Below are positions 1-9,890 of a stretch of 57,098 nt of DNA, piece after piece. How positions within the stretch are numbered: position 1 is the stretch's first letter; the number at the start of each line of letters is the position of its first letter. The stretch spans positions 1 through 57,098 of the IMG/VR virus record IMGVR_UViG_3300042934_000352, one strand, 5' to 3'. The position numbers and the translations under genes are program-made. Origin of the DNA: a virus (taxonomy: Duplodnaviria > Caudoviricetes). The notes under the pieces were generated by a model. That model did not search any database and was not told the DNA's origin. It saw only the letters and a list, made by a program, of their open reading frames with translations.

Positions 1-2
1 AT

Positions 3-119
3 GATGCGGATAAGTCGCATTTTGATGAAACGTTTAACCTTCGGAGGATTGTCACGCTGGAGATAGCACAGGAGCTATACGAAACTTGGAAAGATAAAAT
101 TGATAATATAATAGAATAG
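3..119 (+). CDS. 3' end of a hypothetical protein (truncated at window start)
   Basis: Open frame DADKSHFDETFNLRRIVTLEIAQELYETWKDKIDNIIE* ending TAG at 117-119, directly before the RBS of the next gene. Confidence 0.6.
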   Translation, partial: DADKSHFDETFNLRRIVTLEIAQELYETWKDKIDNIIE

Positions 120-131
120 GGGAATTACATA

Positions 132-365
132 ATGGCATTTCATAATAAAAAGAAAGACTTCTTAAAGCAAACTATCTTCTCAAACGTACACGAAGGAACA
201 ACTAATCCTGTTAAGAAGTGGTATGCGTATATTACATTTGATGGAAAAGTTGTTCCTGTGTTTTATGACGGTAAATTTCGAGTAGAAGCTCTATCGCATT
301 TTGAAGAAGTTGCTCGGATCAACGGTGGAAAATATAACGGTAATTTACACGCACTTAAAAACTAA
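132..365 (+). CDS. hypothetical phage protein
   Basis: 77-aa ORF with AGGGG RBS, in operon. Confidence 0.7.
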   Translation: MAFHNKKKDFLKQTIFSNVHEGTTNPVKKWYAYITFDGKVVPVFYDGKFRVEALSHFEEVARINGGKYNGNLHALKN

Positions 366-385
366 ATAGTGAAAAGGGGAGAGGT

Positions 386-667
386 ATGCAGTACTATTCA
401 AATCGAAAGTATACTGTCACTGTAGTATCTAGGGAGAATGGAATGGTCAAACTTCGCACCATTGATGGATTTACATACGAGTTAACTGAGGAACGTTTCA
501 AGGAATATTTGACGGTTGATGTAGTAGAAGAAAAGCCAGTTAGAAAGAAGTTTAAAGAAATGTCTCCATTTGAACAGCAAGAAATTGAGAAAATGTACGC
601 TCAGTCTTGGGTAACAAACGATGTTACATACATAAGTAGTGAGTTGGTAAAGAACAAATCATTATAA
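386..667 (+). CDS. hypothetical phage protein
   Basis: 93-aa ORF with GGGGAGAGG RBS. Confidence 0.7.
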   Translation: MQYYSNRKYTVTVVSRENGMVKLRTIDGFTYELTEERFKEYLTVDVVEEKPVRKKFKEMSPFEQQEIEKMYAQSWVTNDVTYISSELVKNKSL

Positions 668-706
668 ATTATACAATACAAAAATAAACAGTTAAAGGGT
701 GTTTAG

Positions 707-3529
707 ATGACTTTACATGAGTTTCAACATAATGATATGGAATTCTCAAAAGACGGTCAATTAGATGAGTTGATTGCATTAGATAGATATACTGTTACCG
801 CTTATGATGGTTATGCAGTAGGTGATACAGTAGTTGCTATTATTGATAAAGCAATGGGCAATAAAGTAGTAGGAGTAATTACAAAGGTAAATAACAATGA
901 AACTTATGAAATTAATGATAGATTAGGTAAAACACATACTGTAGCGAAGGAGTTATTACAAAAACCACTCGAAACTAAACCTTCTCAACTTTGGGAACGA
1001 TGGGCAAAAGGTGCTGCTAGTGTAGAAAAAACTCCAGAATTAAAACAAAAATGGGAAAATGAATTCCGTTGGTTGTTTGATGGATACCGTTATTCTCTAG
1101 GTGGACGTATTCAATTAATGTTAGGTCAAGAATTTGTAACTGGTAAACCTGCCGACTTAACAGCTTATAATTGCTTCGTTGTTAGATCACCTAGAAATAA
1201 ATCTATGGCAGTTGAGCAATTCTTAGATGTTGTAGATGTAGCCTATTACGAAGCATCAATTATGCGTAGAGGTGGCGGTGTTGGACTAAATATCTCAAAC
1301 ATCAACACTGTTGAAGGTAGTAAGTCTACTAAACAATCATTCAAGTTCTTACTTGAAGATACTCACGTTGATTCACAAGAATTACAAGACAGAATTAAGT
1401 TAGGCAAATTTGATTCGGTTGAAGTTTATACAGACCGTGAAGAATGGCTAAAGTCTAATGATAATGTATTCGAATTTAAAGTTGGGGATTCAGTCGATGA
1501 GTTATTCGCTGGAATTGTGACAATGGTTAATGAATCATACAATGGGAAAACAGTAGCAATTGACTTTACAGGACTAAGACACCGTAACTCAATTGTAAAA
1601 GGTGTTAATGGTAGAAGTTCAGGCTCAGTAAGTTGGATGGAATTGTTTGTACTAATTGCTAAATTACTTCAACAAGATACCATTGATAATGTTGAGTTTG
1701 CTGAGATTTTCAGTGATATTGTACATCTAATTATCCAAGGTGGAAGTAGAAGAGGAGCTTTAATGCTCATCTGTGCCGATGATAACCCAAATGTTTACAA
1801 GTTTATGGAACGTAAGAAAACAGCAGGTTATCTATCTGGAGCAAACATCTCGGTTGGTATTTCAGATACTTTCATGCAAAGTGTTAAACGTGCCAAACAA
1901 AGTCTAAAAGACATGATTATGCCTAACTCAGATGATCAGAAAGCGTTGAATTTATGGAATGTGTTAATTGAATCAGCATGGACTTCCGCAGAACCGGGAA
2001 TTGTTTGGATGGAAAGATATAATAAAGAGTCTAACAGTTGGTATTTCCATGAGATTGTTGCTACTAATCCATGTGGAGAGCAAGGCTTGCCAGAATTCGG
2101 TGTCTGTAACTTAGGACACTTTGTACTATCAAGATTCTTCGACAAAGAAAACAATGATGTTGCTTGGGATGATTTAGCACGAGCAGTAAGAGTTGCTGTG
2201 CGTCTACAAGACAATATCATTGACTATACTCAATACTTCCTTGATGAAAACAGAAATGTTCAATTATCTGAAAGACGTGTTGGAATTGGATCACTTGGAT
2301 TGGGAACATTGATGATTCAACTTGGTCATAGATACGGCTCTGATAAAGGTAATAAGTTTGTTGATACTCTTTATAAATTCATTGCTAAGATTGCATACGA
2401 AGCGTCAATGGATTATGCAGAAGAAAAAGGAGTGTTCCCTGAGTTTGATTATGACAAATTCATTCAAAGTGGATTTATGCAGAAGTTACTTGCTGAATTC
2501 CCACAGTTGAAAGAAAAGTTAAAAACTCAAGGGATTCGCAATGTCACGCTACTTACTCAAGCTCCGACAGGTAGCACAGGTACATATATTGACAATATTC
2601 CTGAATTCCGTAAACTTTATGGTGGGACTACAACAGGGATCGAACCTTATTTTTCATGGGAATATTGGAGAGCTGGACGATTAGGCATCACTAAGCAAAC
2701 TGTAGACTTAGCGAAAGAATATATGGATGCTAATGGTCTAACTGATATTAAACAATTACCTGATCACTTTGTTACAGCTATGGATTTACAACCTTCAGAC
2801 CATGTTAAAGTTCAAGCAGCAGTACAAAAATGGACTGATTCATCAATTAGTAAAACAGCCAACTGTCCAAAAGACTACACAATTGAACAAACTGATGAAT
2901 TGTATATGTTGTCGTATGACTTAGGTTTAAAAGGAATGACAATTTACCGTGATGGTAGTCGTGAGGCACAAGTATTAGCAACTAATGAGGAAGATGCTAA
3001 GTTAGAATCACATATTGAGGCTGATAAACTTAAGAAATTAAAGGAAACTAAAGTTGAAAAAGTTACACCTACATACGATTCTAAACACTTAATCCAGAAG
3101 CGTCCTAAACGTCTATACGGATTTACTGAAAAAGTTGGATTCTCATATGGCGATAAGTTTGGTCGTGCTTATGTAACTATCAATCTTAATGAATCAGAGC
3201 CTTGGGAAGTATTCATTTCCACTAAAGAAAAAGAGGTTAGTAGTTTAGCAAAAGCATTAGGATTAATGACAACTAAACTATTACGTTTAGGAGGAGCAAG
3301 TGACAATTTACAACAGGCCATTGATACTTTAACGTATGATCAAACTATGGGAACTTTACCAAGTGCGATTGCAAATATTCTTAAACAAATCCAAAAAGAA
3401 AAGTTGGAAGTTGAGATTAAGACAGGTAAAAAGGAATTTGAATTAGCTGAGTGTGCTAGTTGCGGAGAAAAGGCTTACGATAAAGGAAATTGCATCTGCC
3501 ACACTTGCGGTCAAAGTAAGTGTAATTAA
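707..3529 (+). CDS. nrdJ: class II (adenosylcobalamin-dependent) ribonucleotide reductase with C-terminal TSCPD-like/Zn-ribbon region
   Basis: Motifs TAYNCFV, GGGVG, QGGSRRGA, ATNPCGEQ, CNLG, APTGS, SISKT, YRDGSR; C-terminal CxxC...CxxC..C; no nrdF/nrdI partner nearby. Confidence 0.93.
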   Translation: MTLHEFQHNDMEFSKDGQLDELIALDRYTVTAYDGYAVGDTVVAIIDKAMGNKVVGVITKVNNNETYEINDRLGKTHTVAKELLQKPLETKPSQLWERWAKGAASVEKTPELKQKWENEFRWLFDGYRYSLGGRIQLMLGQEFVTGKPADLTAYNCFVVRSPRNKSMAVEQFLDVVDVAYYEASIMRRGGGVGLNISNINTVEGSKSTKQSFKFLLEDTHVDSQELQDRIKLGKFDSVEVYTDREEWLKSNDNVFEFKVGDSVDELFAGIVTMVNESYNGKTVAIDFTGLRHRNSIVKGVNGRSSGSVSWMELFVLIAKLLQQDTIDNVEFAEIFSDIVHLIIQGGSRRGALMLICADDNPNVYKFMERKKTAGYLSGANISVGISDTFMQSVKRAKQSLKDMIMPNSDDQKALNLWNVLIESAWTSAEPGIVWMERYNKESNSWYFHEIVATNPCGEQGLPEFGVCNLGHFVLSRFFDKENNDVAWDDLARAVRVAVRLQDNIIDYTQYFLDENRNVQLSERRVGIGSLGLGTLMIQLGHRYGSDKGNKFVDTLYKFIAKIAYEASMDYAEEKGVFPEFDYDKFIQSGFMQKLLAEFPQLKEKLKTQGIRNVTLLTQAPTGSTGTYIDNIPEFRKLYGGTTTGIEPYFSWEYWRAGRLGITKQTVDLAKEYMDANGLTDIKQLPDHFVTAMDLQPSDHVKVQAAVQKWTDSSISKTANCPKDYTIEQTDELYMLSYDLGLKGMTIYRDGSREAQVLATNEEDAKLESHIEADKLKKLKETKVEKVTPTYDSKHLIQKRPKRLYGFTEKVGFSYGDKFGRAYVTINLNESEPWEVFISTKEKEVSSLAKALGLMTTKLLRLGGASDNLQQAIDTLTYDQTMGTLPSAIANILKQIQKEKLEVEIKTGKKEFELAECASCGEKAYDKGNCICHTCGQSKCN

Positions 3530-3548
3530 TAAAAAGGAGGAATGAAAA

Positions 3549-3791
3549 TTGGCTAAAATATTAAAGTTTTCAAGAGTTGGATGCGTACCTTGTAAAATCA
3601 TGAGTAATTACCTTAATGATAAAGGTGTAGAAGTAGTGGAATTAGACGTAGAAGAGGATGCTCAATTAGCTGCTAAGTTTGGGATTGGTAGTGTACCTAC
3701 ATTGTTATTAGTAGATGAATCAGATGACATCATTGAACGTGTAGTAGGTTTTAACGATGTAGAAGTAGATGAATTAGTAAGCAAACTGTAA
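3549..3791 (+). CDS. thioredoxin/NrdH-like redoxin
   Basis: CVPC active site and SVPT cis-Pro motif; immediately after the RNR. Confidence 0.88.
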   Translation: MAKILKFSRVGCVPCKIMSNYLNDKGVEVVELDVEEDAQLAAKFGIGSVPTLLLVDESDDIIERVVGFNDVEVDELVSKL

Positions 3792-3799
3792 CAAATACA

Positions 3800-3828
3800 A
3801 GAGGGCTTATTCAATTAATCCCTCTTTA
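3800..3828 (+). terminator. probable intrinsic terminator
   Basis: AGAGGG...CCCTCT stem followed by T run. Confidence 0.5.
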
Positions 3829-3859
3829 TAAAATAACTAATAGTAAAAGGGGATAGAAA

Positions 3860-4294
3860 ATGACTTTGCAAATTAAAGTAAAATACTTTGAAAATACATT
3901 ACCCAAGATTTCTAAACTAACTCAAGGTGACTGGTTAGACTTACGAGCAGCTCAAACAATTGAATTGAAACAATCTCAGTTTGGACTTATCCCACTAGGG
4001 ATTGCAATGGAATTACCAGAAGGTTATGAAGCTCATATTGTACCACGTTCTAGCACATTTAAGAATTTCGGTATTATCGAGACTAACTCAATGGGCGTTG
4101 TTGATGAATCCTATAAAGGTGACAATGATCAATGGTTCTTTCCGGCATACGCATTGAGAGATACAGTTATAGAATTCGGAGAACGCATCTGTCAATTCCG
4201 TATAGTGGAGAAAATGCCAGAAGTTGAAATAGTTGAAGTTGAACATTTAGATAATCCAGATAGAAACGGACACGGATCAACCGGAACAAAATAA
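3860..4294 (+). CDS. dut: trimeric dUTPase
   Basis: [32 protein letters not shown] motifs (Bacillus YncF/YosS type). Confidence 0.93.
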   Translation: MTLQIKVKYFENTLPKISKLTQGDWLDLRAAQTIELKQSQFGLIPLGIAMELPEGYEAHIVPRSSTFKNFGIIETNSMGVVDESYKGDNDQWFFPAYALRDTVIEFGERICQFRIVEKMPEVEIVEVEHLDNPDRNGHGSTGTK

Positions 4295-4308
4295 AAGGGG
4301 GAATTAAC

Positions 4309-4530
4309 ATTAAATTTTATGCCGATATAACAGGTGAAAACTATATCTTACAACTAGACAAACGTGAAGCAACATTGCTACATGGTATCACAGAATTTAT
4401 ATATAGATGTCATAATAAAGACTTCCTAAAGGATAGAATCTCAACAGATGAAATTGTGTTAGCTGGAGATATATCTGATGACATTGAAGATTATTTAACT
4501 GAAGAAGACTTTTGGGACATAGTGGAATAA
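4309..4530 (+). CDS. hypothetical 73-aa acidic protein with probable non-canonical ATT start (absent from ORF track)
   Basis: AAGGGGGA RBS at ~4295-4302, then ATT and open frame (I)KFYADITGENYILQLDKREA...DFWDIVE*; fills the gap between dut and the sigma gene. Confidence 0.6.
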   Translation: MKFYADITGENYILQLDKREATLLHGITEFIYRCHNKDFLKDRISTDEIVLAGDISDDIEDYLTEEDFWDIVE

Positions 4531-4592
4531 AAATACATAACTTAGACTAGGAAGGGATACACTCTCTTCCTTTTACTACAAAGGAGACAGCC

Positions 4593-5204
4593 ATGAATGA
4601 ACAATTAACACCGCAAGAAATTTTCGACAAATACAAGCATCTCGGAGAAAAGACAGTACGTGTCATGTTCCCAGATACTATTAATTTTGCAACCTCTATA
4701 GGACTACAACCAGATGACCTCTATCAGTTTGGATTGATAGGTTGTTGGAAAGGTGCAAATACATACTATAAAACGAATCAAAAATGTACTATAAAAGGTC
4801 ATATTATTCGAAATATCAGATGGACTATTCAACGCATGATTGCACAAGAAGGGCTATATCATCTGAGATGGAAATCAAAAGCAGCAGATGAAACTAATAC
4901 TGTAGCGGTAATGAGTTTTGATTATATTCCTAATAATCAAGGTGATGAGAATGATACTTTCCATGATTTAATTGGACTTGACTACAATCTTGAAGGGGAA
5001 GTTGTTGGAAATGTCCTCATGCAAATAATTGAAAGAAAGTTTTCCAATAAACCTAGAACAATTGAGATGTTGAAAAAGAGAATTAGCGGTATGAATTGTA
5101 AAGAAATCGGTGATGATTACGGTATTTCAAAAGAAAGAGCTAGACAGATATTGAAGAAAGCTCTGAATGAATTGAAAGAGAATGAATTACAAGGAGTGAT
5201 TTAA
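4593..5204 (+). CDS. sigma-70-family sigma-factor-like protein
   Basis: Region-2-like DDLYQFGLIGCWKG and region-4 HTH KEIGDDYGISKERARQILKKAL. Confidence 0.8.
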   Translation: MNEQLTPQEIFDKYKHLGEKTVRVMFPDTINFATSIGLQPDDLYQFGLIGCWKGANTYYKTNQKCTIKGHIIRNIRWTIQRMIAQEGLYHLRWKSKAADETNTVAVMSFDYIPNNQGDENDTFHDLIGLDYNLEGEVVGNVLMQIIERKFSNKPRTIEMLKKRISGMNCKEIGDDYGISKERARQILKKALNELKENELQGVI

Positions 5205-6013
5205 TGAATCTATATGATATTGGATTTAAAAATGATATTACAGCTATCCTCAGTCAAGAATGGGAAGTTGACAACAGAGCTACATGGAAAGATGGTACTC
5301 CTATAGCAACAAAACGAATACTGCACTCTGTTAATTCCTATGATCTGTCTAAAGAGTTTCCGGCATCAACACTTAAACCTACTCCGATTAAATCATGCTT
5401 CCTAGAAGATGATTGGATTTATCGTCAACAATCTAGTAATGTAAAGGATTTAGGTTTGAATATATGGAATGACTGGGCTGATGAAACAGGTTCAATAGGT
5501 GAAGCGTATGGAAGCCAAGTAGCGAAACCTGTATTCGGATACCCTAACCAAATTGAATATGTGTTAAATGAGATTCAAAAGAATCCTACCTCAAGACGAT
5601 TAATCATTGAATTATGGAATGTAAACGAATTACATAAGATGAATCTCGTACCTTGTTGTCATCATTTAAACTTTTCGGTTAAAGATGGTATGTTACATTT
5701 ATTCTTAAAGCAAAGGTCAAATGATTTCCTTGTAGCAAATAATTTCAACGTTGCACAATACGCTTTGTTAGTACATATGATTGCGATTCATTGTAAATTA
5801 GAAGCTGGAATATTAACTCATGCTGTAGTTGATAAACACATTTACAATAAACACGAGGATCAGGCTTTAGAATTGTTAAGTAGACCAATTCACAAAGCAC
5901 CTAAACTATGGATAAATCCAGAAGTAACTAATTTCTATGATTTCAAAGTGGATGATTTCAAGTTGCAGGATTACGAAACAGGAAAAAGTATGCGTTTCGA
6001 GGTGGCAGTATAG
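5204..6013 (+). CDS. thyA: thymidylate synthase
   Basis: PTSRR, LVPCCH catalytic Cys, QRSND, FNVAQY, HIY motifs. Confidence 0.95.
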   Translation: MNLYDIGFKNDITAILSQEWEVDNRATWKDGTPIATKRILHSVNSYDLSKEFPASTLKPTPIKSCFLEDDWIYRQQSSNVKDLGLNIWNDWADETGSIGEAYGSQVAKPVFGYPNQIEYVLNEIQKNPTSRRLIIELWNVNELHKMNLVPCCHHLNFSVKDGMLHLFLKQRSNDFLVANNFNVAQYALLVHMIAIHCKLEAGILTHAVVDKHIYNKHEDQALELLSRPIHKAPKLWINPEVTNFYDFKVDDFKLQDYETGKSMRFEVAV

Positions 6014-6522
6014 TGATTAATATTATTGCAGCATGTGGGCTTAATAATGAGATTGGAATTGAGAATAAATTATTATGCAAACTAGACAATGACATGGAAC
6101 ATTTCATAAGACTTACAACTGGAAATTTTGTTTGTATGGGTCGTAAAACATATGAAAGTATAGGTAAACCTTTAAAAAATAGACAAAACATCATTCTAAC
6201 TAGGGATGTTAATTATAAAGCACCTGTTGGAACATTTGTCTACCATTCCGTAGACGATGTAATTAAAGCTTATAACAACCTTAACAATAATGAATCTGAA
6301 TTGTTCTTCATAGGTGGCTCAGAGATTTATTCACAGGTAATTCCTTATGCAACAAGAATTTACCTTACAATCATTGAACACAAATTTGAAAATGCGGATG
6401 CATTCTTTCCACCTTTCAGTATGATGGATTGGAAGATAGTTAGCGATAAAACAGTTTTCCATCCGAAAGATGATGTGAATGAATATGATCATTATTTTGT
6501 TACTTATGAACGCAGAAAATAA
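6013..6522 (+). CDS. dfrA: dihydrofolate reductase
   Basis: MGRKTYESIGKPLKNR, IGGSEIY, DAFFP motifs; follows thyA. Confidence 0.95.
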   Translation: MINIIAACGLNNEIGIENKLLCKLDNDMEHFIRLTTGNFVCMGRKTYESIGKPLKNRQNIILTRDVNYKAPVGTFVYHSVDDVIKAYNNLNNNESELFFIGGSEIYSQVIPYATRIYLTIIEHKFENADAFFPPFSMMDWKIVSDKTVFHPKDDVNEYDHYFVTYERRK

Positions 6523-6545
6523 TATTAAATATACTAATATTTTAC

Positions 6546-6574
6546 TTGATTAATATAAATTAACTTAGTATAAT
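6546..6574 (+). promoter_or_regulatory. sigmaA-type promoter
   Basis: TTGATT (6546-6551), 17 bp, TATAAT (6569-6574). Confidence 0.65.
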
Positions 6575-6575
6575 G

Positions 6576-6606
6576 AGAGTAACCTAATAAATAGGTTGCT
6601 CTTTTA
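6576..6606 (+). terminator. intrinsic terminator overlapping the promoter start site
   Basis: AGAGTAACCTA-ATAAA-TAGGTTGCTCT hairpin followed by T run. Confidence 0.6.
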
Positions 6607-6627
6607 TTAATTTTAGGAGGTGAAAAG

Positions 6628-7020
6628 TTGTTACCAGTAACGGAATTAAGACCAGATTCAAATGGAGTAGTTGTTATTAAGTCAGCCGAAACTAATTGGA
6701 ATAGGTTTACTGGAGTAATAGATTATCAGAAAGCAGTTACACATGTAAAAGAAGGTAGTTGTGGTGTGATCGACTCTAACACTGTTGTTAAGTTTCTTTC
6801 CGATAAGCAGATGAGAAGACATGTATTCAAACGTGATAAAGGTAAGTGTCACTATTGTCGAGGGAAAGCCAACACATTAGATCATAAACTTCCTCGCTCA
6901 AAAGGTGGTTGTTCAACACCAGTCAATCTAGTAGCTTGTTGTAACGAATGCAATCAAAAGAAAAAGAATATGAGTTACATAGAATACATGACATTAATAG
7001 GAAAAGAGGTGAAACAATGA
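6628..7020 (+). CDS. HNH endonuclease
   Basis: RDKGKCHYC...TLDHKLPRSKGG...NLVACCNECNQKK. Confidence 0.88.
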   Translation: MLPVTELRPDSNGVVVIKSAETNWNRFTGVIDYQKAVTHVKEGSCGVIDSNTVVKFLSDKQMRRHVFKRDKGKCHYCRGKANTLDHKLPRSKGGCSTPVNLVACCNECNQKKKNMSYIEYMTLIGKEVKQ

Positions 7021-7208
7021 GAAAAGTTAGTCGCAGCTTAGATGGACGTGTACAAGGCAGTCTGAATTATTGGCTAAACAGTCACGAAGAAGAAGTATGG
7101 CGAGATAAGAAAGTGAAACCTGATTCAATCTTATTTCCAAACAGTCGTGAAAGTATGGTTTATCCTGTACATACATATAAACTTAGTGAATTAAAAGAAA
7201 TTAACTAA
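7017..7208 (+). CDS. hypothetical protein
   Basis: ATGA overlap with the HNH stop, GAGGTG RBS; 63 aa from MRKVSRS. Confidence 0.65.
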   Translation: MRKVSRSLDGRVQGSLNYWLNSHEEEVWRDKKVKPDSILFPNSRESMVYPVHTYKLSELKEIN

Positions 7209-7327
7209 TAATACATAAAAGTAAGTGCTTAGAAACGTTGATTTAACAAGGTTTGTAAAATAATTTCACAAACTATATTACTATAAAACTGTGATTTTAT
7301 TGGGATTTTGAAGGGAGGTGAAAAATA

Positions 7328-7534
7328 ATGAAAGCGATTATTAATGGAATAGAAGTGTCTGGTACTCCTGAAGAAATACTACAATTTCAACAATTGTCAA
7401 ACGAAGCTAACAAAAACAGAAAATACATAGGAAATATTAATGCAATTACATATATAAAGCAACCGAATGATATTGCTAAAAAGATTATTCAAGAAATGGA
7501 GAAACTTGATAAATCAAAGACTTTTTGGGTGTAG
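7328..7534 (+). CDS. hypothetical protein
   Basis: 68-aa ORF with GGGAGGTG RBS. Confidence 0.7.
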   Translation: MKAIINGIEVSGTPEEILQFQQLSNEANKNRKYIGNINAITYIKQPNDIAKKIIQEMEKLDKSKTFWV

Positions 7535-7570
7535 TATTAAATGCGAAACATATAGGGTGACGACCAATCG

Positions 7571-8050
7571 TTGAGGAGGAAAATTAATATGAAATTCGGA
7601 CAATTCCAAGCTTTAGAAGTTACTATATTTGATCAACAAGGAAATTTAATTACTGAACTTTACACATTAAAGAACAGTTATCTCCAAATAAAAGATAAAC
7701 ACGGATATTTATTTATCAAAGATGCTCTGTTAGATAAGAAATTCTTAGAATTTATTGGGAAAGTGGAAGAGGATAATTCAACTGATTTTGATAAATTCAT
7801 TAAAAATAAAAAGTATTCTACAACAATTACATTCAACAATAGACCTAATAAAGTGTGTAAAATTATTGGTAAAGGGGTACTAAGAAACGCTACTGATTTC
7901 AAGGATAATGAGTTTCTATTTGAAATTCCTGACGCTATTTACGATGGTAACATTGACTTTATTAGTGATATGGAACAGGTTTCTGAGTTTGATTTTGCCT
8001 TTAGAATATTACCTAATGATAATGGTGACTTATTCAAAATGCACATTTAA
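7571..8050 (+). CDS. hypothetical protein (likely start ATG ~7589)
   Basis: ORF; GAGGAGG RBS precedes MKFGQF. Confidence 0.7.
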   Translation: MRRKINMKFGQFQALEVTIFDQQGNLITELYTLKNSYLQIKDKHGYLFIKDALLDKKFLEFIGKVEEDNSTDFDKFIKNKKYSTTITFNNRPNKVCKIIGKGVLRNATDFKDNEFLFEIPDAIYDGNIDFISDMEQVSEFDFAFRILPNDNGDLFKMHI

Positions 8051-8120
8051 AAACAATTAACTAATACATAACAAAGGTGGTCAGAGACTGGGCTACCTTT
8101 TACAACAAAGAGGTGATACA

Positions 8121-8666
8121 TTGACTAAAAAGAATCATGGAAAATTATTCGAAGAGGACATGAAATCATCAGCAAAGGATCAAGGGATATTCTTCTACAG
8201 AGTTAAAGACGTACCCCCAACATTACTTAAACCTAATGCTAGAGTGTCAAAGAATGATTTTGATAGTTTCATATATAGGAAACCTAATCTATTTCCAATA
8301 GAGTTTAAATCTACTCAAAATAGGTCAGTATCCTTTGACGAGAAAATCATCAAAGGACATCAAATTGAGGCCTTAAAAGAAGCTGTAGAATATGATGGAC
8401 TGATTGCTGGATTCATTTTCAACTTTAGAGAATATGACAACACTACATACTTTGTACATATCAATGACTTCCTTGCATATAAACACATAGCAGAAAATGA
8501 AATTACTGATCATACATACAAGAGTAAAGTTAATAAGAGTAGTATACCACTGGACATATGCAAGGAAATTGGAATTGAGGTACGGAATGTTAAGAAGAAG
8601 GTTAGGTACAGATATTACATAAATAAGCTACTGGATGAGTTGATTGAGAAGTTTAATAATAATTAA
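8121..8666 (+). CDS. recU: RecU-family Holliday junction resolvase
   Basis: GKLFEED, D..., IEFKST, IKGHQIEAL PD-(D/E)xK RecU signature. Confidence 0.82.
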   Translation: MTKKNHGKLFEEDMKSSAKDQGIFFYRVKDVPPTLLKPNARVSKNDFDSFIYRKPNLFPIEFKSTQNRSVSFDEKIIKGHQIEALKEAVEYDGLIAGFIFNFREYDNTTYFVHINDFLAYKHIAENEITDHTYKSKVNKSSIPLDICKEIGIEVRNVKKKVRYRYYINKLLDELIEKFNNN

Positions 8667-8680
8667 CTTGAAAAATCTAT

Positions 8681-9022
8681 TTGATAAGGAAAGGTGGAAA
8701 CAGAATGAATATATTGGTAGATGAACGAGCATATGTTAAAGACGACAAACCTACAAATTCAGATTTATTTGTAGTTGTGAGAAAAAACAAACATCAAACA
8801 CCTTACTTTATTATTTCTAATAATGATAAATTTGGATTAATAAATCTTCATAGCGGTAAAACGAATTATGTTGGGGATACAGTAGAAGAAGTAGTAAGTA
8901 GTTATTTGGGAATGAATCTTAATGATAAATTGAATCCAATTACAGAGTATTTCTTCGTAAAATCATATGATTCAAGTATTTCAGTTAAGAGAACATTTGG
9001 ATATGAGAAGGTTAACAGATAA
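8681..9022 (+). CDS. hypothetical protein (likely start ATG 8705)
   Basis: ORF; GGAAAGGTGG RBS before MNILVD. Confidence 0.65.
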   Translation: MIRKGGNRMNILVDERAYVKDDKPTNSDLFVVVRKNKHQTPYFIISNNDKFGLINLHSGKTNYVGDTVEEVVSSYLGMNLNDKLNPITEYFFVKSYDSSISVKRTFGYEKVNR

Positions 9023-9046
9023 AAATTCTCTTTTATTAGGATAGGA

Positions 9047-9808
9047 GTGGCTGATATAAAGACTTGCAAGAAATGTAATGAGCAAAAAGAATTGACTGAA
9101 TTTAGAAAAGTTAACAGTAATAAAGATGGATTGGATACTAGGTGTAAGGAATGTAGAAAACAAGAATATAAAGAAAATCCAGCACAAAAGGAATACTACT
9201 ACAGACACCACGAGACATTGTTACAACGCGAAGCAAAGAAACGAAAAAATAAAGATCATAAAGAATATCATGTTCAATATACCCGAAAAGACAGAATAGA
9301 AAACAAAGAGAAAGTGTCACTGAGGTCATCAAAGTATAGGGAAAATAATAAAGAATATTATAATGACTATCAGAAAAAACGAAGGGTATTACGCAATTCA
9401 TTGGATGATATGTACCCGGAATATATAGAATCACAAGTTTATGATTGTTTCGGTGACAAGTGTTACTTAACAAATACCGAAGATAACGTTATACTAGATC
9501 ATTTTATACCTATCGGTTGGGGCCATGGAGGAACATATCACGGCAATCTTTATCCCTTAAATGTAAATATTAACTCAACAAAAAGTGGTAATAATCCATT
9601 TGAGATAATTGAGTTTATAAACGAAAAATATCAAATTGACATACATAAATGGAACAAATTAATTGAAACATTAGCTACATTAAACGGAGTAACTGTCGAT
9701 GAATTTAAGGAGTTTGTTTACTGGTGTGAAGCTAATAAACGAACAGTGGATGATATTCAAGCGAATCCTGTTCCATCTATTGAATTATGGAAATCGACTA
9801 CATTATAA
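9047..9808 (+). CDS. HNH homing-type endonuclease with N-terminal Zn finger
   Basis: KTCKKC...DGLDTRCKEC; basic linker; C...LDHFIPIGWGHGG...GNLYPL...N..K. Confidence 0.8.
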   Translation: MADIKTCKKCNEQKELTEFRKVNSNKDGLDTRCKECRKQEYKENPAQKEYYYRHHETLLQREAKKRKNKDHKEYHVQYTRKDRIENKEKVSLRSSKYRENNKEYYNDYQKKRRVLRNSLDDMYPEYIESQVYDCFGDKCYLTNTEDNVILDHFIPIGWGHGGTYHGNLYPLNVNINSTKSGNNPFEIIEFINEKYQIDIHKWNKLIETLATLNGVTVDEFKEFVYWCEANKRTVDDIQANPVPSIELWKSTTL

Positions 9809-9890
9809 ATTATACAATACTAATACACATAGAAGGTTATACATACTGTAGTAATAGGACAAACATACATAAGCATTAAATAGTACAGAG

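Noticed and set aside
707-3529. Intein or intron in the RNR
   Set aside because: Frame is continuous; no Cys/Ser...His-Asn intein ends or LAGLIDADG blocks; the extra residues resemble RNR structural elements.
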